Origin: Tubulanus polymorphus
Lineage: Eukaryota; Animalia; Nemertea
Length of the DNA stretch: 64,000 nucleotides
Reading direction: 5' to 3'
NCBI RefSeq assembly: GCF_964204645.1
Contig: NC_134026.1
Span: forward strand, 17,394,150-17,458,149
Positions within the stretch are counted from its first letter, which is position 1. The number at the start of each line of letters is the position of its first letter. The notes beneath the pieces are model-generated. The model saw only the letters and a program-made list of their open reading frames with translations. It ran no database searches and had not been told where the DNA came from. Shown one piece after another: positions 12,530 through 25,880 of the stretch. The translations under genes were made by a program, and so were the position numbers.

Positions 12530-15500
12530 TATTACAGCAGACAACGCCTTACTCGGTACACCTGAACCTGGTAAACCCATCGAGTCGGTGAATTTTACTG
12601 AAATACTTGGGAAAACTTTCTTTTTCTCTGATTCTCAATTTGGTGACAGGCAAACTGTGAAATCTTTACAGTCCAAAATGCTACATTTGATATTCACTTT
12701 TTCCATATTCTACTTGACTATTATCCGTGAAGCCCATTATGATTTTAACTCAAACGGACACTAAGTATAATGTGATGATTTTTGGACTACTGGCATTATG
12801 GAAATGTCTATCTTTTTTCAACGAAAATTATCACTATTGAACAAGCCACATAAGATCTAATTACTCGGAGTATGTGTGAAAAAAAGATATACGAAGTATC
12901 GTAAAAATGGTTCAAGATTTCTCAATCTAGTTAGGTTACTTGAATAAGAATGAGATTAGTAGTTGAAAAAACTTCAGATATCACGTACTTTCACGTACTA
13001 GCTTCTTTTTAAGTATACAACGCGCCGTTGTCGTCGACCAATCTGGCTGCCAACTGAAGAGATGTTGACTTCCACATTCATTTGTACAATACAATGAAGA
13101 TGGGAAAAGAATTGGGTGATTTTGACACAAAGCGCTATTAAAGCTAGGCAACATATCTTGACACAGATATCGACGGTGAACTAGGGAAAGTAGTAACATG
13201 TGCCGCTTATTGATAATTGCATTGAGAATTTCTATGAGCTACTTAGCTTAATCAATTGAATCGAGATGATTGATTAATTACCGTAGGTTTACTAATGAAT
13301 CGAATAATAGAATATGCAGCAAAAATTCTACAATAGGCCTAATAGTTATCATCTCATTGAAGTTAAGGTGCATAATTTAGTATACAATGACACAGACTGG
13401 CGCAAACGAGGTCAAAACAAGACACTGTCCATACCAACGCGCGAAAAGAATCAGGTGTTTTTGCTCTCAAATGACCTTTAGTGGGCTTGAGTCTCGTAGA
13501 ATATTACAATGTTTCAACGAAATAACAAACACGGCCATTATCTTTTGGTATTTACTATACATCATTCATCATTTAGCACTATCATAATGAGATGACATAT
13601 CAACGTACGTTTGTTAGTTGCAATTATATCCCTATCCATATACTTTTAGTTCGGAGGAATAAAACACGGCCAAAAACGTTTGTTTCAGCTATAAATGGTG
13701 AACGAAGACATTGAAAACTAGCTTCAAAGTTGACCAATTAGTATAGGGAAAATATACTATGAACGCTTCCCAATACAGCAGACGTGAAATGTAAAAAAAA
13801 CTTTGGAAAAGGCAATGCAACACCTTGCATCTGGTCGAGTGGGTTGGCCAACAGGTGTTTGTCACAGTACGTGTAACTCGAACCCTTGATAACTCTTGAT
13901 AACAAAGTAGTAACCGATAGAAATTTACATTCTAAAAACCATTTCAGTTTGAAATATTATTCTATAGCTACGCCATTGGTCTATTGGTCATTGCTGGACT
14001 ACCACTTCGCAGAAATACATCTTTTACTCGTCTGAATTTGAAACGTTGGCTTTGAGGTATTCCAGTAATATGATAATATTATGTGAAATCATCACCATGA
14101 ATTATGGAGATCGGAAAATAATCACTAGCGGTTTATTCAAGGACGGGCCATCGGTGCAGCTATTTGATTATCCCACATTGTGTCAAGCAAAATATCAGTG
14201 GGATATTCTATACAAATATATTTGATAAGATTTAATAATTCACGTTTCAAATCAATTGTGGATGGTATATAAATAAAACAGATCGTTTGATGAGAATCTA
14301 GCCTTATTTGTTATTTTCGCAATATTAGTTTTTCCTCGGAACCAAGCATTGAGTCAGTCGCACAAGATATGTTTGCTAAGAATTCAGACTAACTTGCATA
14401 GAATTAGTTTCGTTTTTAGATCAACCCTAGAGTTTTGTCTTTAACTCAACGGCATGTCACTCTCTAAATACAGTTGACGCGACATCCGATACGTGTGTTC
14501 CGGGCCTTGAGTAGGTTACGTAGTTCTCGTAGGGTCGATGCGCAACTTATGTCTCCAATTACACATACAATTCCAAGTTTTACAAAACCCTAACCACCTC
14601 TAATAATAAGAATATTCCACACAGCCAATTCAAGATTATGAAATCTAGAAATTTACACCTAAAAATAAAATCAAACTTTTATTCGACTGGCAATCAATAT
14701 ACAGTATATGAAAGTAAATGACTGTAAAAATGCAAAGAACATCCTAGTGAGATTCATTCAATTTTTCACTTTCTAAACACAAAGATACGCGAAGAAGCTA
14801 CCGTCACAAACATGATGTATGAAATTGGGGTGGTCAGGGGTTTTTATGTGTAGGATAAATGCCTATACCAATACCAATGGGAATTGTAGAACTGGGACTG
14901 AACCTACCCAGTACTTAGGTAACTTCTCAGAAAGATTACTGCTACGTTGAGCAAGTACGTATATTGTATATAAACGGCGTAGATATCGATATCATTTTAA
15001 CTGTTACTGTTTCCATAAACCGTTATTCTTGCACGTATCCTTTCGATAAAATCGATTTACCGAAGAATCATCTCCCATTGAAAAATAAAGAGATTCAAAC
15101 TAAGAATATGGAATATGTAATTCAGCATATTTATCTAAAGAAAACCCCACAATGATTATGCTGTTCACTTCTTAAGATTACAGGGTAAAATGAACGTAGT
15201 TAAGTTTTTCTTATCTGCAGTTGTCTAGAATTTGTATTCGATACATAACAAAATTAGTCTAAACGAATAACGGAACCGGCAAATAAGTTCCGCCTAACCT
15301 ACATTCACCATAACCCCTCGGTACAGGCGTACGGGCATGTACGTAGATAGAATAAAGACAATTTGGCATTGTTAAATCCTTAGTAAATGTCAATTGGCTC
15401 ATTAGAAGTTATCACTTTTCTCTCACGTATATATCACTGATATTCCATGGAAGAAATCTGCAAACCCAACATTGCATGTCATATGGTACACGTGCCCAAA

Positions 15501-15837
15501 CTCGCAACCATTAAACATTAGGTACATCTACAAGATCAGAGGTTTGAGAGTACTATACGATTTAACGCACCTCACCAATTACACATCGTTGTCGTGGGAA
15601 CAAAGCCCTTACAAATGAAGTCAACTATAAGCTTCATCGATCATTCGAAAATCGGAGATAGAGAAACCGTATAAATACAAAGGTAAGCAGAGAAAAAGAG
15701 TCGATGTCAGCCATTTGGCTACCCTTTCGCTTTTCATAGTCTCTGCATCATTGTTAACTAGTAAATGAGGATAGTACAAAGTGGATAAATGGCGTCAAGT
15801 ACGCTTACATAACAGGCCTAACATAAAACAGGCTTAC

Positions 15838-15909
15838 CTGCGGACAGCCTAAAAAACTACCCCAGTGTCTGCCTATCCGACATTTGTTAAGTCGCGTAGA
15901 AGATCCCAT
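15838..15909 (-). CDS. Candidate first coding exon of the trunk-like gene (MGSSTRLNKCRIGRHWGSFLGCPQ); may instead be 5' UTR
   Basis: Consensus donor CAG|GTAAG at 15838/15837. ATG 15909 gives exactly 24 codons in phase 0, joining in frame to the acceptor ttgtctttttag|ATT CTG CTG at 10378. Confidence 0.4.
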
Positions 15910-16199
15910 AAAAAACGGAATGATACTGATACATCCGATTCAACTCCATAATCCTCTATAAGTAAATCACTTGATGTGAAACAATCCCGCCATGAAAAAC
16001 AAGCGCACGGTACGTATTCCTCTGAGGCAGCTATGATAGCAAATATCTCCAGCAACAGGATATCGTCAACCCACGAACTGCCGACACAGATAAAATTCCA
16101 AATTTTGGTAAATTGCTTAACACGTGTCACCAAATTTAATGAAAATTTTAGGTTGAGAACATATCGTAATTATATGCGTGTGTAAGTGCGCGTGTATAT

Positions 16200-16345
16200 G
16201 TGCGTGTGTGTGTGAGTGCGTGCGTGTGTCAAACTGACAATGCGATGCATGCGCTTTGAGCGGCCGCACCGCCACATGTGATGGAGCGGGCTGGCTGACA
16301 AGTGTGAGTGATCAAAACTTCCGTCCTTTATGAAATACCACGAAA
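16200..16345 (-). promoter_or_regulatory. Candidate core promoter of the trunk-like gene
   Basis: Initiator-like TCAGTT on the minus strand at 16232-16237, within a CpG-rich patch (GCGGCCGC, CA-rich repeats) about 400 bp upstream of the donor at 15838. Confidence 0.35.
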
Positions 16346-16464
16346 ACGCGCAGCCCGTATAGTGTACCGTAGTGTAGTAGCCATAGGCCAATTATATTCG
16401 AAAATTAGTGTCGACTATAGTTACAGATGACGGTGGCATTGTGAAACTATATATTATTATATAT

Positions 16465-16616
<152 letters not shown>

Positions 16617-19380
16617 TGAGTTTTGTTTGCCTTCCTCGGTCGAATGAGGTTACTTTTACTTAACAAAAAAAAACATCTAAAATATCAGAGCCGTGAAGAC
16701 GATTAGAACAGTCATATATTATTTCCTTGTAATAATCATGAAAAGAAGTATTCCATTGCATATTGAAATTACTCCTCACTTATTTTGTTGAAGGATACAA
16801 CAAAACAAACGCAAAAGCTATTGAAGTATTCACGACAGTTATTCTATTACACAAAAAAGCAGACGGGTTCACTTTCAACGTCAATGAACGACGATACACA
16901 TCATACACAACGTGACCAAAACCGAAAACAATCAAAACCATATGTCACAACATCCGATGTAGCCTACCTTAGCACGATGTTATACCGTCAAATGCTTTGT
17001 TTAAATGAAACCATAAACCATAAAAAGACTGTTTTGTACGTACCAACGCACATATCAAATACTACTCATACATCGTATAGTACGTACTTTAAAACGTCCC
17101 CTACATCCAAAAGCCATACAACATTCACTGTTTAAGCTTCTTTCAACTAGTTCATCTTACCAGGTTTGATTTACCCTGTCTGTAAGGGCAATTATGCTAC
17201 AGTTTATTGGAAAGTTTGGAATACCACTCAAATGCGCGTGCTTTGAACTTTTGACGGTAAAATAAGTTAATGTTCGGGGGAACTTTGATGTTTTGTGTCT
17301 CGGTGTTGAAACAAATATATTCCGTATTAGAAGAGCATTGCACTGCTGCACGCAGATAGTTTTGTTAATTTTGATTAAATTGTCTTCAATGCATCTTAGA
17401 GCATTTTCATATCAATAAGTTTTGTTTTTCTTCGAAGCACCAGACTTCAGATCCATTCAAGACGATTGGCAATGTAGTGGAACTAAATATTTAAGGGCAA
17501 GGTGAGCTGGTGGTTACCAAATGCAATGAAAACATGGCTCACTGAACCTCATTACGTTCGTTTGGAGGACTGAATCGACTGACTCTTTCCCGTTCAGTCC
17601 AGCATCTCGATCGAACGAAATTGTCAATATGGCTGAGCTCAGTCCACCACCATCAGTTTTCATGAAGCTCTCGATTACGTCATACTAATTGACATTGAAT
17701 CAAATGGACCACATGACATGTACGCCCGGTCACGAGCGAACGGCTGACTGAGTTGAGCGGAAGGCGGTATTCCATACGAAGACGGTTAATGAGTACAATT
17801 TTTTTTAAATAACCAGTTATGGATACTATAATCTGTCACATAAACTGACTCGTTGTTGGGTTTTAAATTTTGGTAATACTCCGCGTCCTCTTGTGTCCTT
17901 GTTGTAATTTTCGATTTATCATGCAATTTGTTTTCTTTTGCCAATAATTAATTAAGAACTTCAATATTTTAGAGGCGTATCAATCGGGTGATCGTATCAC
18001 CTGCACACGTCGCCTAAGTTTATGTACGTAGTTTCTAAGGTGTCTATTTCATCGCCCATTTTGAATACGTACATTAATCGTTTCAAGTCTCAGAAGCTTA
18101 CTCTAAAAATTCTGTATATCATTTACAGACAAAAGACAGGATATTATTTCCTTGTCTGACACCTATATCATTACAATTCAGTTTTCATAGCATTCGCCAT
18201 CCTTAGATAGACATGGTTGAGCAGGTGAATCCGGTTTAGAACCCCTGGACCGTTAAACTATGGTGTAACTAAGTATGAAAGGTCGTCTGACTTGGAGAAA
18301 TATCTATATCTTAAGCTCAATAGTTTATGTTTCGGACATAAAAATCTTTAGAAAGATATCCGACTTGTGTGGATTCTGTTGTAAGTGATGGCTGTCGAGA
18401 TCGAGAGCATTAGTTGCGTTCAAGCGAGGCTTTTCAGTACGGTACTAAGCGTTCATACAGTCGTGAAGCTGGTGGAAGCGAGTCCGGGGAGCGATACCGG
18501 ACCCCTGGCAAGCGAGGATGTCAGTACGGCTCTGAGGTGGCCGCGTATTATCAGTAGTGTGAACTATACAAGCTGCGTACTATAGTAAGGTTCACTTAAC
18601 CAGGGGGACGAGTGTCGTTTATTCACGCACATTGCAGTTTTTACTCGTTTTTTACTCCCGTTGTACATAAGACGCCACTAAAAATAACGAAGATATATAG
18701 GCAGTTGTGTTCACATGATTTGATGCTAACTTTCAACATTATACGTGTGACGAACGTATATCGATCGTACGGATTGTAACACGGGCAAATTGGCAATTTT
18801 TGTAGTACAGAACAGCCATTCGGGAGGCAGGAAAATGGTTAAGAATGGATTTGAAATATACACAAGAAAACATTGTTGGCGTGGAAACGCCACCTTGAAG
18901 TCACCCTCAATATTGGCATAACGGGCTACGAAGTGCCGTATTACGTGTGTGAACGCAATTCGCCCCGATAGCGCGGCTGTGCGGCGTTTGTAACGGGTGG
19001 TAGAGCTCACCGTCGAAGTTATGCCAAACAAAAACCAATAACGGATGAGTTAAGTTCGGGAAAAATTCAGAGTAAAAGATATATTTGATTGACATCGAAG
19101 TCTCGGATAAGTAAAACACGTTAGAAACTTATCGTAGACGGAAGGCGTTTTTGCACAAGTGAAATCATTAAAGACAAGACAAGTTATCTTTCTACTGACG
19201 CTTCAGGCTTTCTGTATGGCGATATTCAATCAACATCACTTAGGTTTTTCATTCATCGCTTTATATAGGAAGGGCTATGCCCTTGAACTAAAGTCATAAA
19301 ATAAGTCGAGCCCGTAGGTAGGATTCGTCCGTTCGAACAAACGACCTTTTGAGCCCTTTTGCAAATTTAGTTATATCTTA

Positions 19381-20011
19381 AGCCGCGTCTACACGACAAC
19401 TAGTTAGACCGGTCTAAATGGGTCCGTACCTGGTCCAGTCCAAATTTAGACCGGACCAAATTTTGGTGAGCATTCACACGGCTGTTTGAAACGCCGTGAT
19501 GAAATCGCTTGTCACCGGGCCCACAAGATGTCGCCATCTGCTAAATGATTAATTGCACCAGGATGAAGTCTTGCTTCCAGATTCAAAGTAGAGCAAGAAA
19601 TTCTTCATTTGACCAATTCGATCCTCTATCAGGACGACGGCAGTAAAACGGATGATGATCGCGATATACGATTACGAATTACGCTCCAAACATTTCCATA
19701 GAATAGGGAGGAAAAACAGTACTTAAAAATAATTACATAAACGGTAATAAAAGCATTTAGAACTTAATAAACTGGACTCACACTCTACCGCAGAGGTCGC
19801 AACATCTACCGCAGAGATTCAGAATTACGATTTAGATTACGATTTACCGGACATGGTACCAGTTTCTGTCCACACACACACACACATATTTAGACCGGTC
19901 CAAAATTTGTTCTGGACCGGGTTCGCTCTTTTAGACCGGTCTAATTTGGGACGGAATTTTTGCCCGTGTGAACGCTTAGACCGGTCTAAATTTCGTCGTG
20001 TAAACGGGTCT
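19381..20011 (-). mobile_element. Non-autonomous PIF/Harbinger element carrying a relic of the Myb/SANT-like ORF
   Basis: TIR AG(C/A)C(G/C)CGT(C/T)TACACGAC with a TTA TSD (19378-19380, 20012-20014) and repeated subterminal TAGACCGGTCTAA palindromes. Minus strand 19642-19550 translates as CRRPDRGSNWSNEEFLALL*IWKQDFILVQL. Confidence 0.8.
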
Positions 20012-20799
20012 TTAATATACGCCGATTCTGAGACCTGTCCTTAGGCCTACAGAGTTCATAATTAGTGCACTATTCAATTTGGATGTTTTTTATAAGGACC
20101 GTAGGCTACCCGCACAAATTTTCGCACTAAAATAGTTCATTGACGATATTTGAGCACACTCATTATATAGGCCACACGTGGCTTATCATTACATCATCGA
20201 CTCATCTATCCTTTAATTGGTTTGTTTGTTGTTTTTTTTTATTTTGAGCGAGTGATTTTTTCAACAGAGGTGTAATGTAAAGTGTCTTAAGATTTGAAAA
20301 TTTCTTTATAGATTCGAACTCACGATTTTTTTGGTGATATGATCGACAACTTGCCAAAATCGAATCACCCGGACTCAGAGCACTATGACATTTGGGTATT
20401 CAAACATCACCTATTTTCGCAGAACGAATCTCTCAGTTTACCCCCAGACCCATCCAAATGAAGAGGTACCCACCCGTACCGCTTGCTTCGCTTGCTTCGA
20501 TGCGCATTTCCTAGTTTATTCGGGTTAGGTCTAATTCCAATTACCAAGCATATACAAGATGCATTCTGATTGGCTTATCTGACACCGCGCATGCGCACGA
20601 AAGTATGCCACTTCGAAAATCCAAAGAAAATACAGCGGATAGAACATTATTCGAACCCAGGCCATAAAATAGCAAATAGCATATAGCTCTAATCTTTTCA
20701 GTAATCTTTTTGTATGTATATAGAATTAATTCGTCAAAGTAATTATATTACTTGCATGACAATCTTCCATTGATTTTACAGTTGGCGTTTTACAAAATA

Positions 20800-21200
20800 T
20801 ACATACATATCTTTTACATTTAACTAACCCTAAGAAGCAATTTCCGTCTCTTAAACATCTGAAGAAGGAATTTTCCAATGCGCTTTAACTGATTGTTGGA
20901 TGTTCATCAAATCAGTTCTATGAATTTCTAAATGCTCGGATTATTCCAATAGTATTGGGGAATATAATTGCTTCTTGGGGTGTAATAGTGGATATAGCAT
21001 AGTAAAACATGGAATTCGAGTTACAGCTACACAAACGGTTTTCGCGTGGGGTCTGTGGCATGGTCCACCTACCACTTTCTATCATTAGGTGTATCATTTA
21101 TGCATTTCTCTTTTATCGATAATTAGGGCTTTTCCAGCCAAATATTTTTCATAAAATGTAACTCCTCTCAGATTCGACTACTAACAGCTTATAAACGTAA
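20800..21200 (-). mobile_element. Degenerate non-LTR retrotransposon ORF2 C-terminal fragment
   Basis: Minus strand at about 21095-21025 reads HLMIESGRWTMPQTPRENRLCSC, the H.L.IE.GR......R.C motif that precedes the C-terminal zinc finger of LINE ORF2. Confidence 0.65.
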
Positions 21201-21470
21201 TTTTCAATTATGACAGAAATATAACTTAGCGCCTGACCATTTCGAATTTGCGAATAGTAATTTATTATGAATTAATCCCGCGTAATAACAGGGTCTAAAC
21301 GGCGACAAGAATGATAAAAAGAATCGTCATCCATTTATAAAAGTGCACCCCGAAAAGCCTAAAATTTACCGGACGACCTTGAGCGTCAAACTCAACCGTA
21401 AATCACGGATTCGGTCTAACATCGGTCCGGGTCCGTCATTTCCCGCGATCAATAACTACAACTATGGGCA

Positions 21471-21677
21471 GAGTCTCTTTTTTCTCTCATGAACCCCTTT
21501 CGATGAAGATTTGTTGGATATCATTCAATACAGTTTCAAATGGAATAGAAAACCAATGTTTAAGGTCGACTGCGAGTCCTGTCTGGTCCTTAAAAGACTT
21601 TCATCAGGTATGTACTACCAAAAATGACTGAGCTAGGCCACCCGGAATGCTCTCAAGTCGGGTTGAAATAGACATTA
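21471..21677 (+). repeat. About 205-bp direct repeat, copy 1 (copy 2 at 23449-23655)
   Basis: Shared blocks include TTGGATATC.TTCAATACAGTTTCAAAT, AGGTCGACTGC and GAGCTAGGCCACC. Both copies end in GAAATAGACATTA. Confidence 0.85.
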
Positions 21678-22941
21678 CTGTCTGTCACACATGCTCTTCG
21701 TGCGACGTTTTGGTCCGTAATTTCGTTAATAATCGGTTGATCTGTAAATATTATGCATCAATTTGTTCAGTAAGGAATTTGCATTCAGAAATAAATCATG
21801 AACTGGCAGAAATTTGTTTGTGTTTTCTTCAGCGATAGATTACCTAGCATACGCTCGCGTAATGCCGAAAAACGGCTTTTATGGCCCGTCACGTGGCGCC
21901 ACCTACTGTATTTTGATATGCTAACGAGCAGGTGATGACGTCACTGTAACGTTAAGTAATACAGAAAGTTTGGTATGATGATATGAAGTGTAAAGTTGAA
22001 GGCATGTCCTCACTACACTACCTGGACGCAAAAAAAAACTGTGTGCCAGGGTGTGTTCATGCGGTGTGGAGAAGTGTGAATTCTCCTACGGATGTCCCGA
22101 TGGCGACTATCAAGGCCCGGCTCCTGGTCCAGAGGTATCCTTTATCTGGCCTGAAATATGCGGGGAAAAATCGCAGAGAAAAATGCCCTTTATGCGACAC
22201 TGAACCCGAGACCCTAAATCACTTCCTGATGGTATGCTCGGCTCTTCAATCCAAGCGCCGACCCTATCTGGACAGGATTAAAAATGAAGCAAAATGTGAT
22301 CTACGGTTGAAAACTGAAAGTCACAAATTCATACTGACACCACACGCGTATCTAGATACTGATAGATGTCCCTTGGTCGAGAAGATTACAAGACAGATGG
22401 TATACCAACTCCACAAAACCAGATCACTAAAAGTCTCAAAACCATGATGTCGGTATTTCTATGCTCGTGCCGTCTGATATGAGAGTGAAAACGCTACTGG
22501 CTAGATTTTAAACTTCTTAATGATATATATTTTAATATACCTACTCTATTTTTATTACGGGGACCCCCCTATAGTTATCGGGTACCCCCTTTTAAGATCC
22601 CCCTTAGTTACTACTACCCCCTACTACAATGAGTGATATTACGTACAAACTCATTGGTTGGTCTGATGGTGACATCATATAGGCCGGAACTACGAGAACC
22701 AGAACAAGAACAAGTAACGTTTCCGAGCGTCCGCGGAGCGGATTTTTCAGCATTACGCGAGCGTATGCTGAGTAAACTATCGCTCATAAATGAAAACAAA
22801 AACAACTCAAGTGAAAATTGTTGTTTATTTCTGAATGCAAATTCCTCACTGAACAAATTGATGCGTAATAAAGGTAGATAAACCGATTATTAACGAAATT
22901 ACGGACCAAAACGTCGCACGGAGAGCAGGTGTGACAGACAG
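21678..22941. mobile_element. TA-flanked DNA transposon derivative with about 200-bp TIRs (Tc1/mariner-like TSD) enclosing a LINE fragment
   Basis: The left arm CTGTCTGTCACAC...GCATACGCTCGCGTAATGC (21678 to about 21873) is the reverse complement of about 22742-22941. TA lies on both sides (21676-21677, 22942-22943). Confidence 0.8.
21960..22630 (+). mobile_element. 5'-truncated non-LTR retrotransposon 3' end
   Basis: ORF 21983-22447 contains IKARLLVQRYPL and the CPLC....ETLNHFLMVC zinc finger typical of a LINE ORF2 C-terminus. A 3' UTR and a CTA-repeat tail follow near 22610. Confidence 0.8.
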
Positions 22942-23448
22942 TAGGCATTAAGTGACACGGATAGCCAACAACAATCATCATTGCTTCACCGAGTATTCAT
23001 TTGCTACCATACGTACTCATATTATAAAGAAATCATGTAAAATACTTTCCCTGGTTAACGGATTCTCGCCTTAAATTGCATAGCCTAAACTCTGCTGTCG
23101 TTGTCATCAATCCGGGTCGTCAAGTGAACGCGGAAGTAAAATTCCGTATGAAAATTCCTACCATTTCTGTCCACATTACGTTGATTTGAGCCAGAAATCT
23201 TCAGGAAATGTAACCAACGTAGATTGGCCTACCAATAGAATTAATCAATTGACTCATTTTAAGGATCAAGGTTTCGTGAAATCCATTAAAGTCCTAAAAC
23301 TCGCGATAAATTGAAGCCGAAAATGATTTCAACCACCAGCCATGTTGTTTAATTAATACTAAGACACTTGTTGCAATACGTTTCCATGCCTACTGACTGA
23401 AGTTTAGTATGTAGGCATGGAAACATATTGTTAAACTTTTAAATCATG

Positions 23449-23655
23449 GAGTCAATTTTCTCTTTCTTTTTAACCCCTTTCAGTGAAGACTTTTTGGATA
23501 TCCTTCAATACAGTTTCAAATGTATTAAAAAATGATGTTTTAGGTCGACTGCCAGCCCATTCTGGTCCTATTAAGACCTTTATCAGGTATGCACTCCCAA
23601 AATGAGCGAGCTAGGCCACCTGATGTGCTTTCAAGTCAAGCTGAAATAGACATTA
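23449..23655 (+). repeat. About 205-bp direct repeat, copy 2
   Basis: Colinear with 21471-21677. It is preceded by a 20-bp-stem hairpin at 23374-23430. Confidence 0.85.
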
Positions 23656-25571
23656 AATTTAGCGAGCCTTTGGGGGATACACCTTGAATAGATTAACGCC
23701 CTAAACGTGGTGTGTAGAGCCAAGGGAAAGCCTAAGTAGTTAGTAAGGGGCTGGGTTACACTCTGTACCACTATTTATTTCGAGTACTTTCTTTCCAGCT
23801 ATTAATCGTGGAATGAACTGGTCACTACGGTCTTCAATTCCTTTGCGGATTCTTGCAGCTGGTGGGAATATATCTAAACCACAGTGTGCAAGTGTACGTT
23901 ACAAATCAAGCTTTCTTGTCATTGGCAGTCTAAGTCGCAACCGCCTCAGATGTTGTAAATACTTGACGTTTTGGGTTTTTGTTTTTTTCTAATGCCATGT
24001 TTACAATATTTGGATTAGTAATCAGTCGTGCTAACGTACATGCAGAATTGGATTCATTGTTATTATGGGATGATAATTCATGCGCGTCATGAGTCGTGTG
24101 ACATACCTTTGATTTGAAGCTCTTACAGACTTGTTTTGGAGTAAACTGAATAGCCCTTAAAATACCAATGCCACATGGCTTAACGGTGTCTTTGCTCTGC
24201 GAGACAGTAGTAGTAGATTTTCACGACAAACGCACGATTTGAATTGGTCTCCAAAGATATCTATCATTAAGTAATTCTTACATGTGATCGCTTAATTACA
24301 GGTGGGAAGAGGTCAGATGGCATGAAAATCGACTGTGGCTGACTAATTGGTGCGAGTAGATCAGGCGTTGATGTTTCAAAAAGTGTAGCCAAAATGCTTA
24401 TATCATCAGGGATAGACAAATTATCCGAAGATTAACGAAAATTTCACCTCGTTGATCGTCAGTTGATCTTGCTGTAATTTTTTCACCTGGATAAATCAAC
24501 GCATCATTCAGTTCAAAATCTGTGTTCAGTAGAATTTCTTTCAATAAAATGAAAATTCATTTGTCAAATTTTTATGTATTCAAGATAGAATTTGAATTGA
24601 TCTTAAAACCAGAGAAAGCATTCTTCGGAAATTTAGAAAATCCTAGACTCATAATCAAATTCTGTGATCTCAGCTAAGGTCTTTTGCTCGAATCGAGCCG
24701 AGGGCTCAGGTGGATAAAATTCAATTCCTCAATATCCTATAATGCTGAGTACGATGGAGTTTACACGCTGAAAAATATTGGGCTTTGTCAGTGTAAATTT
24801 GATAAGTCAGCAATATAATGACCGCCCTGCCCCGCTGCATCTGAGACATCAACAAGTTAGACTGTATTGCTTCGATGCTTTGACTAACAGACTCCTAAGC
24901 AAGATGACCTGCAAAATCAAATGTAAATTAAAAAAGAAAACAACAATTGATAAACCAATGCCTTGCGTCTTCAAAAAAATTCTCCTGGAAATATTTCTTT
25001 TTCTGGCCACCACCTGCCTCGACACGGACTTTTTCAAGTTGATGTAGTTGCCAACATATATTCGGTATCCTCAAAGCCATTTTGACTAGAATTGGTACAT
25101 CAGTACTACGTAGCAGCCCTTATGGATCCACATTTCCAGCATATTGTTGACCCAAGTTGCGCTCCTTGGAAATTGTCATATGTTATGGACGAATTAGAAT
25201 CATTTCGATGAATTTTTTATCAAGCTTCCCAGTGCGACATATGAACCAGTTAGGCAGAAACCCGTTATCGCTGATATGCAGCTATAATTAGCATAATTAT
25301 TGTGTATTAGTGATCCACTTATTGAAAATTTTAATTTTAATTTTAATTACCACGATTGGAGTCAAAATAATCGAGTAAAAGAAACCTTGAGTAAGTGCTC
25401 TTGTATCCTAATAAACCAGTCAATCAAGAGAGAAATTAGCACAGTGACTTTGTGGTATATTCATAGTTTAGGTATGGTAATATGGATGACATTCCCAGCT
25501 ATTCACGAAATGATTGGGCACGTGGCCCTGGAGATTATATGCCATTTTATACTGCATTTGTCTGAAATTTT

Positions 25572-25880
25572 GTAGATGCTTAGGTAATGAGCAAAAATAA
25601 ACATATTCTCGGTTCTGTCCACTTAACCGTCTAAATCTATGGATCGAGTCTCTGAAAAACTCCCGCACTTGTCTCATATAAGTATTATACAGTGAATGAT
25701 TCTCGGATTTAGAAAAAGAAAAAACCTCCCGCCATCATCTCCTTGAAAAATATAAAAATACGAGTTTATTTCCGCTTTTTTATTTCAAAAAAGCTCATAA
25801 TAAAAATTCAACTGCCCACACGTCATGTCTAGAAAAGAGGTTTGGATGAGAAAGAAGGTATCAACTTTGAAGGGTCTTAA
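25572..25880 (+). mobile_element. Dispersed repeat, one arm of a Zator/Harbinger-like family (second copy 42745-43048)
   Basis: About 310 bp colinear with 42745-43048. Both end GGATGAGAAA(G/C)AAGGTAT.AACTTT.AAGGGTCT, which shares the CCTTGTTTCTCAT core with the TIR at 1488. Confidence 0.7.

Noticed and set aside
24780-25250. Possible minus-strand exon pair (acceptor attttgcag near 24912)
   Set aside because: It has in-frame stops, only a GC donor and no recognisable protein.
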